A DNA stretch of 64,000 bases, from assembly GCA_000503835.1 (NCBI GenBank), contig CP006914.1, forward strand, positions 45,790 through 109,789. The letters are read 5' to 3'. Within the stretch, counting starts at the first letter, position 1. Each line of letters opens with the position of its first letter. This DNA is from a candidate division WWE3 bacterium RAAC2_WWE3_1. GTDB taxonomy: Bacteria; Patescibacteriota; WWE3; UBA101185; UBA10185. The position numbers and the translations under genes are program-made. Below the pieces are notes generated by a model that was not told the DNA's origin, did no database searches, and was given only the letters and a program-made list of their open reading frames with translations. Below are positions 59,166-64,000 of this stretch, piece by piece.

Positions 59166-59846
59166 ATGGGTGATATTAAGATTAATGAAAAAAACAGTTT
59201 GACGTTAGTAAAGGTCAACTTAGGGTGCGGACCTAGCGGTATTGACGGTTGGATAAATTATGATTGGGGAATTCTTCCACTAATATCAAAAATTCCGTTT
59301 TTGCAAAGAATTATATTTTCTTTTAGGTTACTTCCTTCTTTTTACTCTGCAAAATGGCCGAAGCTTGAGCTTGTAAATATACAAAAAAAATTACCATTGA
59401 AGGACGAATCCGTTAATTACATTTATTGTTCTCATGTGCTGGAACATTTCGAACCGTGGGAAGCCTTAGGTGTGTTAAAGGAATGTAAGCGCATCATGAA
59501 AACTGGCGGTGTTTTAAGAATTGTAACGCCCGATATTCGCAAATTGATTGATATTTACCTTAATTCTGGTAACAATGCTCGCGCTGCGAGACTTCTGTGT
59601 AACATGTGGTGGGGATTTGATAAAGATAGGCAGCCTACAAGTTTTTTGGAAAAGCTTTCGAGAAGATTTACCAGAGAGCATCTTTGGAACTATGATGAAG
59701 AGGAAATGACTGCTCTTATCAAGTCCGCAGGTTTTAATCACGTATCCTTGGTTTCCGTAGGAAAAGGCGAAGTGCCGGATATAGACAGGCTAGATTCCCC
59801 AAAAATGGCAAATACTAGTTTATATGTGGAGGTTAAAAAAATATGA
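59166..59846 (+). CDS. Class I SAM-dependent methyltransferase
   Basis: VNLGCGPSGIDGWINYD..., VLEHFEPWEALGVLKECKRIMKTGGVLRIVTPD. Confidence 0.7.
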   Translation: MGDIKINEKNSLTLVKVNLGCGPSGIDGWINYDWGILPLISKIPFLQRIIFSFRLLPSFYSAKWPKLELVNIQKKLPLKDESVNYIYCSHVLEHFEPWEALGVLKECKRIMKTGGVLRIVTPDIRKLIDIYLNSGNNARAARLLCNMWWGFDKDRQPTSFLEKLSRRFTREHLWNYDEEEMTALIKSAGFNHVSLVSVGKGEVPDIDRLDSPKMANTSLYVEVKKI

Positions 59847-61006
59847 CAAGTGTTTTGCTGATAACACCGTTTTTTCTTCCGAACATAGGCGGTGCTGAAA
59901 CATATGCCTTTGAGCTTGTTGAATATTTAAGATCGCACGACTGTTTAGTGAATGTGCTTACTTATCAACCTATAACAACACCCAACGTTAGGGGCGAGAG
60001 GATGGAGAAAAGAAACAATTTAGTTATAAATCGTTTCCAGTGGATAGGATTCAATTTGTTTGGAAAATTGGAGAAATATCCCCTTATTAATTTTCTTTAT
60101 TTGACTCCGTACCTTCTGCTTAGAAGTTTTGTATGGATGCTATTTAACTCAGGAAAGGTTGATGTCATAGATGCTCAAGGTTTCAACAGCGCTTGTATTG
60201 CAGCAGTTTTGAAAAGAATTTTCAAGAAAAAGGCGGTAATAAGCGTAATGAGTTTGTATGATTTCAAGCCGGGGAACATTTTATCAACGCTAGTTGGGGC
60301 GGTAATCTCGAAAATGGATCACGTTATAGTAGAGAGTAATCGGAGTAAAGAAGAACTTATTTCAATCGGAATAGCTTCTGAGAAGATTACGCCGTACATT
60401 GAGTGGCTAAATCTAGATGTGTTTAAGCCTTACAATAAAATTGAAATGAAGGAAAAGCTGGGGTTGCCGGCACAATTTACTGTTTTGTTTGTAGGGAGAG
60501 CCATAGAGATAAAGGGAATAGATCTTATACTTGAATCAGCCAAAAAACTGCGTAATGAGAAAATAAGCTTTGTGTTTATATCGAATGCGGGGCCTATGAT
60601 GGGCGAGTTGGCGGAGGCAGCATCTAAGGCATTGAATATAGTATTTATACCGGGAGTACCGTACAATAAATTACCCGAGTATGAATCTGCAGCAGATGTT
60701 GCGGTTATACCCTCCAAGTATTCCGAGAATTCTGCAATAACGGTTTTGACTGCTATAAGTTGCGGTACCCCGGTGATTGCATCCAGAGTAGGAGCGATAC
60801 CGAGTTTACTAACCGACGAAGTTGGTGTATTGGTAGAGCCTACTGCCGAGAGCTTCTCTTCTGCGATTTTGGGTTTGTTTAAGGATGGAGTGAGGTATAA
60901 CCAAATGCAGAATAATTGTGAAAGCTATGCAAAGAAACACTTTAGCATCGACAATGCATCTACTATTTATAAAGTTTATTTAAAGGTGCTTGATAGGAGC
61001 TTTTAA
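59843..61006 (+). CDS. GT4-family glycosyltransferase
   Basis: ...IPSKYSENSAITVLTAISCGTPVIASRVGAIPSLL... Confidence 0.72.
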   Translation: MTSVLLITPFFLPNIGGAETYAFELVEYLRSHDCLVNVLTYQPITTPNVRGERMEKRNNLVINRFQWIGFNLFGKLEKYPLINFLYLTPYLLLRSFVWMLFNSGKVDVIDAQGFNSACIAAVLKRIFKKKAVISVMSLYDFKPGNILSTLVGAVISKMDHVIVESNRSKEELISIGIASEKITPYIEWLNLDVFKPYNKIEMKEKLGLPAQFTVLFVGRAIEIKGIDLILESAKKLRNEKISFVFISNAGPMMGELAEAASKALNIVFIPGVPYNKLPEYESAADVAVIPSKYSENSAITVLTAISCGTPVIASRVGAIPSLLTDEVGVLVEPTAESFSSAILGLFKDGVRYNQMQNNCESYAKKHFSIDNASTIYKVYLKVLDRSF

Positions 61007-61007
61007 T

Positions 61008-62102
61008 ATGATATATGTAACAAAGCCGACATTACCGGATATTCAAGATTACACAAATTTAATGAAAGGAATTTGGGAGCGCGGGTGGTTGACCAACAAC
61101 GGTGTGCTCGTTCAGCAGCTTGAAAACCAGTTAAAACAATATCTGGAAGTTGGGAACCTTTCTTTAGTCACTAACGCTACGATGGGTTTGTTACTGGCGC
61201 TGTATGCCTTAGATTTAGAAGGCGAAGTTATAACTACTCCCTTTACATTTGCAGCTACGACCAACGTTTTATTTATGAAGGGACTTACGCCGGTGTTTGC
61301 TGATATCGACCCGGAAACCTTTAATATTGATCCCGCCGATGTAGAAAGAAAGATTACAAAGAAAACCTCGGCGATTCTTGCTGTCCATGTTTTTGGAAAT
61401 CCCTGCGATATAACCGGGCTAGAAAAAATTGCCAAGAAACATAAATTGAAACTAATATTTGATGCAGCGCACGCCTTCGGAGTACAGTACAAAGGTAAAT
61501 CAGTCTGTGAATATGGGGATGTGTCTGTACTAAGTTTTCATGCAGTGAAGCTGTTCAATACAGTGGAAGGCGGGGCAATCGTTGCAAAAACTGAACAAAT
61601 CTCCCATAAATGTAAGTTATTTAGGAATTTCGGATTCGAGTCCGAGGAAGAAATTGTATTACCGGGGGTTAACGCAAAAATGAGCGAATTCCACGCAGCA
61701 ATGGGATTATGCAACCTCAAATCTATCAAGCGGGTTATAGATAAAAATAGGAAATATTTTGATCTTTACGTAAGATTAATGGACGGGGCTAATGTAAGAT
61801 TTCAGAAACCCGAAATATCGCGGGTGGTTCATACTTATATGCCGGTATGCTTCGACTCAAAGATTACAAGAGATAAAGTATATGACCACTTGGTGAAAAA
61901 CGGTTACTCGTCAAGAAAATATTTTTATCCTTTGACATCGGATTTTGACTATTTGCATACGAAAAATAAGAAGAAAAAAGTGAGTAATAATCTAATTAAC
62001 GCAAGGAAAGTAGCCGACACAATACTATGTTTACCACTTTATCCGAGTATGGAGAAGCGTGACATAGAAAAAATTTGTAAGCTGGTAAAAGAGATATGCT
62101 AG
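61008..62102 (+). CDS. DegT/DnrJ/EryC1/StrS-family PLP-dependent nucleotide-sugar aminotransferase
   Basis: LVTNATMGLLLALYAL...DAAHAFG...SVLSFHAVKLFNT (PLP Lys). ATG 61008 (the track start 60990 is in the overlap). Confidence 0.82.
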   Translation: MIYVTKPTLPDIQDYTNLMKGIWERGWLTNNGVLVQQLENQLKQYLEVGNLSLVTNATMGLLLALYALDLEGEVITTPFTFAATTNVLFMKGLTPVFADIDPETFNIDPADVERKITKKTSAILAVHVFGNPCDITGLEKIAKKHKLKLIFDAAHAFGVQYKGKSVCEYGDVSVLSFHAVKLFNTVEGGAIVAKTEQISHKCKLFRNFGFESEEEIVLPGVNAKMSEFHAAMGLCNLKSIKRVIDKNRKYFDLYVRLMDGANVRFQKPEISRVVHTYMPVCFDSKITRDKVYDHLVKNGYSSRKYFYPLTSDFDYLHTKNKKKKVSNNLINARKVADTILCLPLYPSMEKRDIEKICKLVKEIC

Positions 62103-63850
62103 AGATTAGACCTCTCAAGTTAACTGATTTTTATCGTCTGCATTCTTCTTATGATGATTTAGGTTCTGGGAAGCATTTTATTGATCTATACTGGCTTGGT
62201 TTAAGACACATGTCGCTGAAATGGCTGTTGGCGCAAGGTGGTCTGTTCGGCTCTACAACTCCTCTAATAAGAGGTATTCTCAGGAGAATTTATTACAGAT
62301 CCGTATCTTTCTCTGTTGTAGCTGTCGACGAGGGTAAGATATTGGGGCACTGTTTCGCAATTTTAAGAGATAGGAAGCAAGATGGTTCTTTTATTGTTGA
62401 ATACGGTATATGGGTTTCAGAGAAAAGTAGGGGGTTGGGAATAGGGCTAAAACTTACGAAAAAGATAATAGAAGTCGTTACTTCTTATGGAGCGATCTCC
62501 GGGATAAGATTATATGTTTGGGAAAATAACGTCGGAGCGATTGATTTATATAGGAAAATAGGATTTACGCAGAGCAAGGTGATAAAACAAGATAAATCCA
62601 TCGGTGATGAAAAGTTTGATACCGTTGAGATGTACTTGCCTATAATTTTCGAATCGGATAGAAGAAAGTCAGCGCTGTTCATTGCAAATGGTATAGATGA
62701 GGTTAGTCCCGGTGTTGCAGGTGGAGAGACGCGTTTTATAGAGATTGCCAAAGGCTGGTTTTCCAGGGGGCTGACTATGCACCTGTTGAGTAGCAAGGGC
62801 GGGTATAAGCTTTGTTCTGATTTTGGCCTTAGTGTAGTGCCACATTACATAAAGTCAATAACTAGGTCTGGAAGATTCAGTTTTCTATCCAAATCTTTTT
62901 ATAGTATGTTTTTACCAAAAAGCTTGACGGGTAGCAGAATTGACATAGTTTATAGTACTAACGAGCAGTTGTACGACGTACTTCCTGGGTTATTACTAAA
63001 AATAAAAAAAGGGAATTCTTTGAAATGGGCAGTTGTTGTTCATTGGCTGCCGCCATATAAGTGGTGGGGGAGAAAGCAGTCTACGTTTACCAACTCCTTT
63101 TTGTTTTTAGTGAGCGAAAGGATAAGTTTGTATATAGCTTGTTTGTTCGCGGATCGGATATTGGCAGTTTCAGAGTCTACAAAGAATCAGATAGAGAATG
63201 ATTTTTTCGCTAAATTTTTTGTCAAAAAAGTAGGTGCTGTGAAGTGCGGTGTTAATTTTTCCGACATGAAAAAAGTATCCGATCGCGTCGAGAAAAAAAT
63301 ATACGATGCAGTTTTTTTAAAAAGACTTCAGGCAGTAAAAGGTATATTTGATCTAATAGATATTTGGGAAATGGTTGTTAAAGAATTACCTGGCGCAAAA
63401 CTTGTGGTTATTGGTGCAGGAATAGACGGAGAAGAGGCTAAGAGGAGGGTGTTAGAGAGAGGGCTAGATAAAAACGTCATATTTAAGGGGGCCATATACG
63501 ATTTTGATACAAAAGTTAAGGAGTTGGCAAGCGCTAAAATATTTATGTTGCCGACATATGAGGAGAACTGGGCCATAGCGATAGGAGAGGCAATGGCAGC
63601 TGGCGTGCCTGTCTTTGCCTACGCCCTTCCTGAATTAGATGCCGTGTGGGGAAGCAACTACTGCGGTATACAACTTGGAGACAAGGTTAATTTTGCTAAT
63701 AAAGTAATATCAGCTCTCAAAGATCAACAACTTTTGGATAGTATGAAATTGAAAGCCTTGAATTTTGTGGAGGGTTACGACTGGGATTTAATATCTGCTG
63801 AAGAATTAGAGCTGGTTAAAAGGGACGTCGATGAAAAACCACGCCGTTAG
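62096..63850 (+). CDS. Bifunctional fusion: N-terminal GNAT N-acetyltransferase domain plus C-terminal GT4 glycosyltransferase domain
   Basis: GNAT motif VVAVDEGKILGHCFAIL...RGLGIGLKLTKKIIE...YVWENNVGAIDLYRKIGF; C-terminal GT-B block YEENWAIAIGEAMAAGVPVFAYALPELD. Confidence 0.7.
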   Translation: MLEIRPLKLTDFYRLHSSYDDLGSGKHFIDLYWLGLRHMSLKWLLAQGGLFGSTTPLIRGILRRIYYRSVSFSVVAVDEGKILGHCFAILRDRKQDGSFIVEYGIWVSEKSRGLGIGLKLTKKIIEVVTSYGAISGIRLYVWENNVGAIDLYRKIGFTQSKVIKQDKSIGDEKFDTVEMYLPIIFESDRRKSALFIANGIDEVSPGVAGGETRFIEIAKGWFSRGLTMHLLSSKGGYKLCSDFGLSVVPHYIKSITRSGRFSFLSKSFYSMFLPKSLTGSRIDIVYSTNEQLYDVLPGLLLKIKKGNSLKWAVVVHWLPPYKWWGRKQSTFTNSFLFLVSERISLYIACLFADRILAVSESTKNQIENDFFAKFFVKKVGAVKCGVNFSDMKKVSDRVEKKIYDAVFLKRLQAVKGIFDLIDIWEMVVKELPGAKLVVIGAGIDGEEAKRRVLERGLDKNVIFKGAIYDFDTKVKELASAKIFMLPTYEENWAIAIGEAMAAGVPVFAYALPELDAVWGSNYCGIQLGDKVNFANKVISALKDQQLLDSMKLKALNFVEGYDWDLISAEELELVKRDVDEKPRR

Positions 63851-64000
63851 TAAGTTTTACACGGCAGCATCTAGAGTTAAAAAGCTTCTGTCTTCGGCAC
63901 TAAAGATTCGTATCCGTTTATTAAACTCAGCCTTCTTTATGGGAATGGCGAACTCGTTATACAAGCTTGAGAAACTTCCAATCTTTTATCCCGTAGCGTT

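Noticed and set aside
1-64000. tRNA, rRNA, integrase, transposase or phage genes that might mark a mobile element
   Set aside because: Scanning for tRNA T-arm-like GGTTCGAATCC motifs, rRNA-like conserved blocks, and recombinase, transposase or phage-structural proteins in the ORF translations found nothing convincing.

Overview
This 64-kb window appears to be chromosomal DNA from a low-GC bacterium with a reduced genome. The gene content and order fit a Candidate Phyla Radiation / Patescibacteria-type organism, though that assignment is an inference from gene content (no L30 gene, a short L3, a short rpoB, and unusually many glycosyltransferases), not a search result.

Coordinates 1–31.8 kb are a conserved translation/transcription core:
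- Minus strand: infA, rpmJ and rpsM. rpmJ was missed by the ORF track and found by translating the minus strand by hand; a 33-bp tandem repeat array follows rpsM at the window edge.
- Plus strand: serS, a spermidine-synthase-fold protein, uppP, secA, an RsmB/NOP2-type RNA m5C methyltransferase, a convergent multi-TM + TPR protein, lepB, then rpoB–rpoC–rpsL–rpsG–fusA–tuf. The S10–spc ribosomal block follows (rpsJ … rplO, with no L30 gene), then secY, an inserted ybaB/ebfC-like gene, and adk.

Coordinates 31.9–64 kb are a very large glycan/glycoconjugate locus:
- a CAP-domain protein;
- three DPM1-like GT2 polyprenol-phosphate-sugar synthases, one with a fused GtrA domain;
- UDP-glucose dehydrogenase;
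- five GT4 enzymes;
- four ArnT/PMT-like GT-C membrane transferases plus a DUF2079-like polytopic protein;
- two Wzx-type flippases and two further GT2s;
- a single-cluster ferredoxin paired with a B12-binding radical SAM enzyme that has a non-canonical Cx4Cx2C motif;
- a DUF457 membrane hydrolase, a GT2, a SAM methyltransferase, a GT4, a DegT aminotransferase, and a GNAT–GT4 fusion protein.

The two halves of the glycan locus are interrupted at 55.6–57.6 kb by a minus-strand island of six small hypothetical ORFs. Each has a GGAGG-type Shine-Dalgarno sequence, two intrinsic terminators serve the island, and several of the ORFs look like paralogs of one another. This island is the most interesting unexplained element in the window. 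No tRNA, rRNA, CRISPR array or integrase/transposase gene was recognised.
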